This document shows positions 1 through 11,602 of a DNA stretch of 64,000 bases, piece by piece. How positions within the stretch are numbered: position 1 is the first letter of the stretch; each line of letters opens with the position of its first letter. Under the pieces are notes generated by a model that was given only the letters and a program-made list of their open reading frames with translations, searched no databases and was not told the DNA's origin. A program made the position numbers and the translations under genes. The stretch comes from Azolla caroliniana (taxonomy: Eukaryota > Plantae > Polypodiophyta): assembly GCA_043228905.1 (NCBI GenBank), contig JBHGNT010000015.1, positions 11,842,001 to 11,906,000 of the forward strand, written 5' to 3'.

Positions 1-259
1 TTCTCTCCCTTTCTCCTCCCTCGCTTGCTCTTTGGTTCGAGACCCCCGCGGTCCTGCCTCGTTTCCACACGCACTTGCGTAAAATCTCGACAACGTGAAC
101 CATCGATAGGGTGGGGGGGTCTCTGATAGAAGAAATGGTTGAGAATGGATTCATTGCATATATGGTCAACTTCATGATGACCTGAATAGTACAAGCACAA
201 AGTGTTTCTATCTGATTGGAAAGCGAGTTGACACTTGCTATACAATCAGTTATTTAGAA

Positions 260-820
260 GATTGGTCAATTCAACGGTGAAGACACCACAAGATTTTGGG
301 AGTTCAATGAGAATGAAATGACCAATAAAGTGGCGACTGGGCTACGTATGATGGCTCAAATCAATTGAGTGGTGACTCTAGATCTTTGAGTAAAGGTTGC
401 AAAATTTCAAGAAAGGTTCCGCATAGATGGATATGGATTTCGTTAAGCATTGTTAGATGAGTATATGCTTGATGACCTTACTAGACTCACAAAGAAGATC
501 TTTCACAAGTGACCCGAGAAAGGAGGGAAAGGGCTCTCAATATCAGAATTACTGAGAGAATTTGAAAATAAGTGCAACAAGCGCTTGGTGAGGGATTTAG
601 AGCTTCTTCGGTGTGAGAATGTAGATTTATTCATTGTGATAGAGGATGATGCTGATACCTTGAAAAATATTACTGTAAGAGATTTTCCAACACAAGAATC
701 AACTACTCGAGCAAGAGGACAAAAAGGAAAAGAATTAGATTCACCAATTGACGAGATAATTAAAAGCATGAAGGATCTACAATTGAGGCTCACCAAGCCG
801 GAGAAAGTTGAAAACTTTAA
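260..820 (+). pseudogene. gag: Degenerate Ty3/gypsy gag fragment, related to the gags at 32.5 kb and 44.7 kb
   Basis: GQFNGEDTTRF-like start resembles RFNGKDATSYL at ~32.7 kb; ends IDEIIKSMKDLQLRL; many stops. Confidence 0.5.
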
Positions 821-887
821 TTAACAAAAGCCTAAGGAAGGTCGAAAAGAAAACTTTATCCACTAATGCATATGATGTGATAGTACT

Positions 888-930
888 TGTAAAGAATCGG
901 AAGTGATTTTGTGCATGCGGAAGTGATATA

Positions 931-983
<53 letters not shown>

Positions 984-1254
984 ACGACATATACAGAAAT
1001 TTAACAAGAAGCAAGAATGAGCCAATAGTTACAAAGAGGAGGAGAAGGTGCTTATGTAGTCACCTTTTCTCTACGTTCTCTCACTACAACCACCACTTAA
1101 AAGGAGGTCGAGACTTAACTATACTAAATATGTGTCATAGAACCTTAAAGTTCTATGACACACTAGTTACTATACTAGGAGGTGGGGTGTTCACACACTT
1201 GGGTGTTCTTAGGGTGTGTTCCCACACTAGGGAAGTTGAGTTTGATTCTCAACG
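888..1254 (-). repeat. 3' LTR of element A with (GT)n(GA)n microsatellite
   Basis: Similar to the element M LTRs (48963-49354, 54017-54426); adjacent PPT. Confidence 0.85.
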
Positions 1255-2307
1255 TGCCCCCTCAAACACAAAATTTGATCGCCAAAAAGTTGGTTCAGAC
1301 TGCTCTTCGGGTCGGCTTTGAGTCGGCTCCAGCTTCAGCTTCGAATAGCCGGCTCACTCCTATGTTTGCTCTGGTCCATTCGATGTCATGTCGGATGGCT
1401 TCTTATCCATACTCCCCCTCAAGCTCAGTTGGTCGGTGATCGAGAGACCGAGGTTCGTCGTGAATTGTCGTAGCTTGTCGGTTCCCAAGGCCTTCGTGAA
1501 GATGTCGGCCATCTACAAATTCATACTAATGTGTTGTAGGTTGACATTGCTGACCAAGACACGTTCTAGGAAGAAATGATAATGCACCTCAACATGCTTA
1601 ATTCAAGCGTGAAAGACAGGGTTCTGAGCTAGATGAATGTTGCTCATGTTGTCACAACACAGGAGAATCAAATCCTTGATGAGAACGCCCAGATCCTTCA
1701 ATATTTTTTTGAGCCAAACGGCGTCACATGTGGTGACGGCCACACCCCTGTATTCAGCTTTTGTGCTAGACAATGCGATTGTCGGCTACTTTTTACTACT
1801 CCACGATATGGCTCTACTGCTGAGGGAGAAGTCGAATCCCGATGTTGATCGTCTGTCGGTTTTGTAGCCAGCTCAATTAGCATCAATGTACCCTTCTAGT
1901 TGAATCGGTGTGGTTGATTTGTAGAGAATGTTGAAATCCATTGTCCCTCTCACATAGTGTAACACTCGCTTAGCACAGTCCAGGTGAATGTTTTGTGGTG
2001 TCTGCATGAACTAGCTAAGGAGGCTGACTAGGGAGTTGAGGTCGGGCTGAGTGATGGTGAGATAAATAAGGCTTCCAACTAGTTGACGATAGAAAGTTGG
2101 CTCACACTCTTTTGTGCCGGAATCAGTATCTAGTCTTAGATTTTCATCGAGAGGGGTAGCAATGAGCTTACACTCTGTTGTTGGCATAAAAGGCCAACTC
2201 CTTCCACTTTGTATCCTTACTAGTGTGAACACCTCCAATAGTTAGGGCTTGAGTATATAAGCCCTAACCTAACGTTGTAATAAGAGTTCTTCTTGAATCT
2301 CGAGTCT

Positions 2308-2346
<39 letters not shown>

Positions 2347-2862
2347 GCAGGAATAACAAAGCTTAAGTGTGCATCCATCTTCTATTCATCTTCTTGCCCT
2401 CATTCTTTCCGTGTCGTTTGCTATGCATAGCTCAACAGGTCCTCATACATATTTTCATTGTAACAAAATGGGAGGCAAGAGTGATTGCAATGCAGCGGAA
2501 GAAGATTGAGAGTGTGTGTGTGTGTGTGTGTGAGGCAACAAAGGGAGAGAGAGAGAGAGAGCTCTTAAGGCAGAGAAAGAAAACAACTGTATATAAACCA
2601 AAAATACATCAAACATAAAACATCCAACAGTAACTAAGTTACAATGCGTTGGTTTATATACCAACTAAGCTAGGGCAAGTGAGCTTTCTACTATTTACAA
2701 AACTAGCCCAACATGTCCATGAGCTAGTGTGAAACCTATCTATGGGAAGTTGAGTTCGACTCTCAACACGCCCCTTTGAACACAATTTCTATTTGTCGAG
2801 AAGGTTGTTCGGTTCGTACTTCGACTTGTCTAGTCGGCTGTGTTGCGTACTCGCGTACTCGA

Positions 2863-5800
2863 TCAATTGCATATGTGTTGTGTATCGTTGCGTATTGCTT
2901 CCATGTCGCCTGTACCTGTACTCCCCCTCAAGTTCGGCAATGTAGATGTCGTGAGACCAAGGTTCGATGCAAATGGCCCGAGCTTGTCAACTCCTAAGGC
3001 CTTCGTAAATATATCAGCAACTTGGAGGTGCGTACTAGTATGTTGTAGATCGATCTCGCCGGCCTGTACGCACTCGCGGATGAAGTGGCAATGCACTTCG
3101 ATACGTTTAGTCCACACGTGGAATACGGGGTTCTGCGCCGGGTAGATACTGCTCATGTTGTCTCAGTAGAGATGAATTGGATCCTTGATGGGAATGCCCA
3201 GATCCTTTAGTATGCGTTTAAGCTATACGGCTTGCATGTGGCGACTGTTGCGCCCCTATATTCGGCTTCCGTGCTTGACAATGCGACTGAGGGTTGTTTC
3301 TTGCTGCTCCAAGAGATTGATCCGCTGCCGAGGGAGAAGACAAATCCGGAGGTGGATCGTCTATCCACTTTATAGCCTTCCCAGTCTGCGTCGGTGTACC
3401 CTTCGAGTCGAATAGTCGTGTTCGACTTATACATGATGCCATAAGACATTGTCATACTGACATACCGTAGTATCCTCTTATCACAATCAAGATGAAGGTT
3501 TCGCGAATTCTGCATGAATTGGCTAAGTAGGCCGACCGAATAATTGAGGTCGGGTCGCGTAATGGTTAGATCAAACTACCGATTAGTTGTCAATACTGAG
3601 TCCGCTCGCTCTCAGTCGTTCCGGAATTGGCATCAATCTTTAGGTTACGATCGAGAGGGGTAGACACAGGCTTGCACTCGGTCATTCCGAACTTGTAGAG
3701 TAAGTTGAGGACATAGTGCCGTTGTGAGATCATTATCCCGACTAGTGTCCGAATTACTTCAAAGCCTAGGAAGTAATGGAGTTCATGCAAGTCTTTCATT
3801 TTGAATTTGCCGGAGAGAAGTGTTTTGACTTTGTTGATCTCGACGAGATCCTTTTCTCCGATGACCAAGTCATCCACATATAGGATGATGATGATCGGGC
3901 TATCCGACTCATTTTGGATGTACAGAGAAGTATCAGATTTTGACATCCGAAATCCGACTTGCTAAAGATACTGTGTGATCTTCGAATGCCAAGCACGCGG
4001 TGCTTGTTTGAGGCCATAGAGTGGCTTCTTGAGTCGCCATACGGTGTGCAGATGTTTACGCGATTTGAATCCGGGTGGTTGTATCATGTACACCTCTTCT
4101 TCTAACTTTCCTTGGAGGAAAGCATTTTTCACGTCCATCTGGTGGAGGTGTCATCCCTTCATTGCGGCGAGTGCAATTACTGTCTGTACAGTTGTCATCT
4201 TTGCCACCGGGGAAAAGGTTTCTTTGTAGTCTATGCCATGCGTTTGTGCGTAGCCTTTTGCAACGAGCCGTGCTTTGAAGCAGTTTACAGATCCGTCGGC
4301 ATTGTATTTTACTTTGTATATCCATTTGCAGCCAATCGCTTTCTTGTTCGGGGGGAGAGGAACGAGATCCCATGTCTCGTTTTTGCATAAAGCTTCAATC
4401 TCCTCGTTCATCCCGTCGACCCATCGCAGATCCTTTGTGGCTTCGGAAAGCATTTCCGGTTCCTGTACTGACGCTACTTTCATCATAAAGGTGTAGTAAT
4501 ACGCCATGTACTCGTCGTGGCCATAGCGGTTTACGTGGTTCTTTTCACGTGTGGATCGACGTAGCTCTTGATCCGTGGGGAGTATGGCTTTCTTCGCTCC
4601 ATCTATGCAGATGTCGAGATCTTCAAGTTCACTATCAAGAGAGTGAAGCATCTCGGTCTCTTCTTGATCTTCATATTCCTGCATTTTCGCCTTCCCTTTG
4701 TCTAGCTTCGGACTCGGCCAAGATGTGCTTTCATCGCTCGGTGGCTCTGATGGCCCACTCAGCCATGTCGTAATTGGGCTGTCTTCTAACATCTATGTGA
4801 GCCAATCCTCAGCTTCTATTTCTATTTCAGTGACATCCGCATCGAGTGGGGTTGGAGTCGAAGTATTCTCTGGTGCGTACTAGGATGCGTATTCGTCGAA
4901 GACTACGTCTCGACTTGTTCGAACCTTACGGGTAGATGGGTTGTAGCATTTGTACCCCTTCTGTTCGAGAGAGTATCCTACGAGGATACATTTCTCTGAC
5001 TTTGGGTCAAGCTTTTGCCGCGTGTCGTTGGGAATATGTACGTAGGTGATAGAACCGAAAATGTGGACATGTGACAAGTCCGGCTTCTTTCCGAAGAATT
5101 TCTCATGCGGAGTTATATCGTGTACTCCCGAGGTTGTGCACCTGTTCATGAGATATACGACCGTATTTGCCGCTTCTGCCCAATATGATTTCGGCAGGTT
5201 CTTCTCGTCCATCATGGCTCGTGCGACTTCTACTACATGGTGATTTTTACGCTATGCTACGCCATTTTGCTGAGGCGTGTGTCGACACGAGAACTCTCGT
5301 CGGATTCCTTCTTTTCGGAGATACGATGTAAATTCATTTGAAAAATATTCTTTGCCGCCATCTGATCGAAGACAATGTACATGCCGACCCGTAGTTTTTT
5401 CGACTTCGGCTTTGAATGTCTGGAAGTGCCTGAACACTTCACTCTTCTTCTTCATTAGATAGATCCAGGTGTTCCTGGAGAAGTCATCGATGAACGTGAC
5501 ATAGTATCGGCATCCGCCGAATGTTGCTGTCTGGGCTGGTCCCCACACATCTGAATGTACGACATCCAGGATTCCTTTGCTCATATTCCGCTCTTTAGGG
5601 AATGGGTGACGACGTTGCTTTCCGAACTGACATGCTTCACATACGCCTGTAATCTCCTTCGCCGTAAAGTTGGGGAGTTCGATTACGACTCCTTTCGATT
5701 GCATGTTCTGGAGCTTTTGGAGATTGATGTGGCCAATTCTCTTGTGTCACAGTTTCAAGTCGGTTTCGACTTTCTGGCCCTTTGCAAACATGGCCGACTT

Positions 5801-7122
5801 TACCTCGCTCGATTCGAGGATGAACATACGGCCTTCACGACGGCCGTGAACTATGACTTGATCGCCTTTTTCGATGAAGCACCCATCGTTATTGAAGCGT
5901 ACTTGCATTCCTTGTTCGACAATCTGGCCAACCGAGACTAGGTTTTTCGTAATAGTAGGGACATGCAACACGTTCTTGAGGTAGGTCTGTTTGCCGTCGT
6001 TTCCAAATGGGACGTTCCCGATATGCTGTATTGGGTGAGTCGTGTCATCTCCTGTTTCGACATATCCGGAATGAGCTTCCGTAGTTCCCGAAACCAATCT
6101 TCATGGAACGTCATGTGATTGGATGCTCTCGAATCGACAAACCATACACTGTTCGGAGTGGAATCGGTAGTTGATGCAAGTGCGGACATTGAGTGGACTT
6201 CGTGCTTCATTATGAACATTCCCGCATGGTCGCCGTAGTTGGAGTTCATGGTGTAATTTGTTAGTTGTCGGCCTTGTTCACGCTTCTTCTTCCGACACTC
6301 CTCTTCGTAGTGGTCGGGTTTTCCACAATACCTGCACTCAACTGGGTTCCTACGGTTGCTTGGTCTGGCGTGATGACTCCCCCTTCCGCCGAACTCTTTG
6401 GGGCCGTTTCTGTCTACTTGCCATTGGTGGGAGTTATGCTCTTGGTTGTGTCTGCCTTGACCAAATCGACCTCTCCTTCCGCGGCTTTGTCCTCTTCCTC
6501 CATCAAAGTTCGAATATAGCATTTGTCCGTCATGTGCGTTGTTCCTTTGACGCACGTGATTCTCTTCAACTAGCAACAATGATTGGAGATCAAAAAAGGA
6601 GGGAGGATTCTCTCTCGCAAGAACGGCTGATCTTATTGCGCCAAATCACGGTGCCAAGACACCGAGGCATATCTGCACCATTTTGTCATCGTCAATGCTA
6701 ACATTGATCGATCCAAGGGCATCGCACAACTCCTTGATCTTTAAGGTGTAGTTGCCGATTGACATGTCCCTTTGTTGAAGATTGTTCAGCTCCTGTCGAA
6801 GTTGGAGCTTTCATGCGGCCGTATTGGCTGCGAAAATCTTCTTGAGGTTTTCCCACGTCTGCTTTGGCGTTTTTGCCTCTCGAATGTAGCCAAACATATG
6901 ATCATGAACGCATGATGCAAGACAATACAACACACGGTTTGCAGCCTGCTCCCAAGCGGGATAGTCGGCGTGTGTTGGGTTGGGTTGTGATTCGTGAGCT
7001 CCTTCGATGTAGCTCCAGTAGCCTTGTCCGACAAGGTATTGATGCATCTTGTATTCCCAAGATGCAAAGTTCATTCTGTCGAGCTTCTCGGTATGAAGAG
7101 CGCTTCCCATTTGAGTATTCAT
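2863..7122 (-). pseudogene. gag-pol: Fragmented gag-pol of element C
   Basis: EKLDRMNFASWEYKM, CRYCGKPDHYEEEC knuckle, WFVDSRASNHM, HSDVWGP, LYVDDL, ADIFTKAL; stops and frameshifts. Confidence 0.92.
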
Positions 7123-7368
7123 GGTGATTTTTTCTCTGTTGATGAGCCGGTTCTGTTGATCGTTGGCGTGTGTTGGGTTGGGTTGTGATTCGTGAGCTCC
7201 TTCGATGTAGCTCTAGTAGCCTTGTCCGACAAGGTATTGATGCATCTTGTATTCCCAAGATGCAAAGTTCATTCTGTCGAGCTTCTCGGTATGAAGAGTG
7301 CTTCCCATTTGAGTATTCATGGTGATTTTTTCTCTGTTGATGGGCCGGTTCTGTTGATCGTTGGCGTG
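6967..7368. repeat. 198-bp direct tandem duplication over the gag start of C
   Basis: Two near-identical units offset by 198 bp; GGCGTG at all three junctions. Confidence 0.9.
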
Positions 7369-7508
7369 CAACACAACACAGTCGAATAGGCTTAATCAGG
7401 CAACCACACACTCTGATACCATGTAACGAAATGGGAGGCAAGAGTGATTACAATGTAGCAGAAAGAAGATTGAGAGAGTGTGTATGTGTGAGGCAATAGA
7501 GGGAGAGA

Positions 7509-9271
7509 GAAAGAAAGAAAGAAAGAAAGAAAGATGTATTAACGTCTTCTAAGGCCAAATTTGGCGCATGAGACAATTGGTTTACAACAATAGAGTATTT
7601 ATCCAGTCATCATAACTAAAAAAAAAATTAAGTAAAAAAAAATAGAACTTAAACTAAAAGAGTTCTAGTAGTGTACAATATGTAGTATACTCGAAAGTGA
7701 CTATACACTAAGCCTAATTTTATTTCCACCCAAGCCTCTCGAAAAGAAGTGGGGGGTCAAAGGGTCTTGATGTGGGTTCCAATGTAGAGAGTGCCCTAGC
7801 CATGGCTTCTAGGCGGTGTAGCTCACGTTCCCTTATTTTCAATATTGCTTCCACATCACGTTGAGTTGTTTTGAAACCCGGCACCCGAGGACGTCTGGTT
7901 CTTCTCTAGTTTTCTGCCTCATCAATGGAAAGGCCGAGTGGTGCAAGTGTGTCGGCATTCGTTGTCTCCTCAGGTTCCTGAAAAACTGCATTTGTTACAT
8001 GTTCGTGATCATTAGCAACATTATTGTCAACATTTTGTAATTTATTCTCTCTGTGTTGTTTTAGCTCTAGAATGTATTTGCCTAATTTCTTTATATCTAG
8101 AGTATCTAATAGTTTGGGGAGGGTGGGAGACGGACCAAGTATGTCTTGGTATTTTGCCCTTATCTCGGCATAGGTTGGACACTTGCATGTAAAGTGGTAC
8201 TCATCCTCTATCTCTATGTGACATAACCTACATATCCTTTCCTCCCTAGGGACTCCACTAGTACGGCCATTTTCAATCTCAAGTTGGTGAGACGATATTC
8301 TAAGTTGTCCAATGGCAACCCTTAGTGCATGTGGTAAGAATACATCTAGATATTTTGGCCGTGTGATAAAACCTAACTCAGAGAAGTGCATGAAGTGTTT
8401 CTTATAGTACGACATTTTAGATGGGAGTGGCTCTAGTGGGGTGATCCATTTACACCGAGTGTAAATTTGCCATATTTCTTGGCGTATTACTTTATTGCGG
8501 TTCTCATGAGAGATTAAGGTGTTATCACTCGTGTGGTTGTACCTAAGGGGAGGTAGGTTATTAATGTCTAGACCATTCGCAAGAAGCCAAGTCACCATCA
8601 TGCCATACCATGAGCTAGTATAGCCGGACTCATACAATGATCGAGAGGCCTTAAAGGCTTGATGAGATATTCTATCATGTGGTTGGCTATGTATCCTATC
8701 AATAAAGACTACAAGTTGAAAAAGTGCCTCTACTAGCATTGGGGGTAACGTGAACTCGGCCCTAATAATGTCATGTGGTACAATCGATTTGCTTCGGAGT
8801 TGGCGTGATAGCATCATCACCAATGGTCTCTCTAATTGCGTCCACACGAAGGATGGTAATCCTGGAGCCCAAACCGCTGATGCATACATGAGGGAGGGGG
8901 TCACTAATGAGTCAAAGAGCCACCCTTTAGTCCGTGGCTCTTGAAAGTGTGCTTGGTGGCATTGTCTCTCTAGGAGTGAGAGGGATGCATGTCCTCTCGT
9001 GAGTCTATCCTTCGCTGCCTGTGTCATCGAAAATTTACCTGAGCGGGCACTAAAAGTGACTCCGAGATATACGTACGATCCAACCACCTCGAATGGGCTA
9101 TGGGAGATAGTTAGGCGACACGTAGCTCTAACTTGGGCCGATGTGTGGAAGATAAGGACTTTCGTTTTCCCTAGATTCACTACCAATCCTCGTTGTACAC
9201 AAAAGTCATCTAAGGCATTGAGGTGCCTCTGTAGGTCGTGTTCGGATTCAGAGAGCAAAACTATGTCATTC
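7509..9271 (-). mobile_element. 5'-truncated non-LTR retrotransposon (RTEX-like LINE), copy 1
   Basis: RT thumb (YVYLGVTF) and SHQLEIENGR..PREERICRLC..EDEYHFTCKCPTY zinc finger in ORF 7906-9384; (CTTT)n tail; (GA)n of the C LTR on both sides. Confidence 0.88.
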
Positions 9272-9539
9272 AGAGAGAGAGCTCTTAAGGCAGAGATAGA
9301 AAACAACTGTATATTAACCAAAAATACATCAAACATAAAACATCCAACAGTAACTAAGTTACAATGCGTTGGTTTATATACCAACTAAGCTAGGGCAAGT
9401 GCCCTTTCTACTATTTACAAAACTAGCCCAACATGTCCATGAGCTAGTGTGAAACCTATCTATGGGAAGTTGAGTTCGACTCTCAACATCCGCACATATT
9501 CGAACACCATAACCACCAATTGGTACAGAGTGATGGGGG

Positions 9540-11170
9540 AGGAAAGTCCCCTCGTATGTCGACTAAAGAAAAGCCTATATGGATTAAAACAAGCGCTGAG
9601 GATGTGGTACCAAAAGTTCGACTCCTACATCAGGTAGCTTGGATACTGTTGATCCAACTCCAACCCATGTATGTATATTCGGCAACTGGCCGATGAGTCT
9701 CGGATCTATCTGATCCTTTATGTCGACATGCTGATTGCAGGGAGCAATCAAACTGAAATCGGAAAGCTAAAGAGGAGTCTTCACGACAAGTTTGCGATGA
9801 AGGAACTTGGACAAGCCCAACATATATTGGGCATGAGGATAGAATGAAATCGGAAGACAAAGACTCTTCAACTCTCCCAGTTCGACTACATTCGAAAGGT
9901 GCTGAGACGTTTCAACATGGAAAATTCCAAGCCAGCACCAACACCGCTTTTGACGTTGATACGACTATTGGACAAAGACTCTGCTTCGACGGATGAGGAG
10001 AAAGAGCTTAATGGAAAGATACCCTATGCATCGACAATAGGAAGTATCATGTATGTGATGGTGGCGACTCGACCTGACCTTGCATATGCCGTAGGAGTCA
10101 TCAGCCGGTACATGTCAAACCCAAGACGGAAGCATTGGGAGGTCGTCAAGCACAACTTCAGGTACCTAAGAGGAACCAAAGATGCACAACTGACTTTTAG
10201 ATCGGCAAATCCGGCCGAAGTCGAAGGCTACACCAACTCCGACTATGCCGGGAACTTGGACTATCGGAAGTCGACATTAGGCTACATCTTCACCTATGGT
10301 GGCGGTGCTATATGTTGGCCTAGGAGTATGAACCAGAGGGTTAATATGTACAAGGACGAGTCGGGGAATAATATTATATGTAGTAGCATAATTATTAGGA
10401 AATATTATAGGAACAGACAAATCTGGATAGTTGCACCGATCCGGATCCGCACCGATTGAAAGTGCCGGTTGCCGGTAAGGCATCGTTTTGTATTTCCTAT
10501 CGGGAACCAATAAAAGGACCTAGAATTGATGTAATTGTTAGCGGAAGTAATACAAGTTGAGCATTCTAATTTAATTCTATTGCGTCTCTTGTCTACTTGC
10601 TGTTCTGCGCTTTCATTCATAATCTTACGCATGTTTTCATTAATCAGTTGTATATTAATCATTTGGATAGTATCCGGAAATACTTGAATTGGAATTAGAT
10701 CGGAGTTGAATAACATCATTCCCTTAACCACCTCTTTGGTGAAGTGTCTGGGATGGACACCCCTGTGTTTGTGGCTATCTCCAGTCCAGAGTAAACACTA
10801 TATCATGGAGATCGAAGCTTCAAGAGTGCACGACTTTGTCTGCCACATAAGCTGAGTACATAGTAGCATTGGAGGCAGCGAAGGAAGCAATATGGTTGCA
10901 CCGACTAATTGCGGACTTCTCGGCTACGAGTTGAATCGATCGACCAACGCCGACCATCTACTGCGACTCATAGAGCACAATACACCTCGTCAATAATCCT
11001 GTCTATCATGCAAAGACAAAGCATATTGAGGTGCGGTATCATCATATTTGGGAGCTAGTAACTGAGAAGAAGCTCGAAGTCCAGAAGATTGACACCGAGG
11101 TGAACATTGTCGATTGCTTGACGAAGCCACTCCTAGGTCAATGTTTCGGAGCACTGAGGACAAAGATGGG
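9540..11170 (+). pseudogene. pol: RT/RNaseH remnant of element B
   Basis: [44 protein letters not shown]|SWRSKLQ split by a solo LTR. Confidence 0.9.
10313..10797. mobile_element. Solo LTR
   Basis: TG..CA ends, TSD CTATA/CTATA; reverse complement resembles 55901-56334. Confidence 0.88.
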
Positions 11171-11602
11171 ACTACTATAAACGACCGAGCAGAAGAGAGC
11201 CAAACAAGGAGCAGAAGGTAAGTTGATCCGACTGTCTCAGACAAGTTGACCTGGATGACCAACCGAATCAGGCTAGATACCAACTTTACCTTTGCTGACT
11301 GGCTTGTAAAAATAACTTTCGATTAAAAATCGTAATCTAGGTTTACGAGGAAGATAACCCCATACAATTGTAAGCAGAAAGAGTAGTCCTTTTACGAGGG
11401 AGTTGTTGGCATAAAAGGTCAACTCCTTACACTTTGTATCCTTAATAGTGTGAACATGTCCAATAGATAGGGCTTGAGTATATAAGCCCTAACCTAACGT
11501 TGTGTAAAGAAGGTGAGACGTAGGTGGTGCTATGCAACGGAAGCGAACTGTGTGTGTGTGTGTGTGAGTACACGTAAGGCAAGACACACACACACACACA
11601 CA

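Larger units (their letters stand above)
2459..9488 (-). mobile_element. Copia element C, full-length but decayed, inserted in the 5' LTR of B
   Basis: 3' LTR 2459-2768; 5' LTR 7422-9488 (split by a LINE); tRNA-iMet PBS complement ACTCTGATACCA 7410-7421; degenerate TSD TTCAT/TCCGC. Confidence 0.92.

Noticed and set aside
7906-9384. 492-aa ORF as an LTR-LINE fusion protein
   Set aside because: The first ~38 codons are LTR sequence read through the truncation junction; the YADD motif is cut off and the stop at 7906 is premature relative to copy 3.
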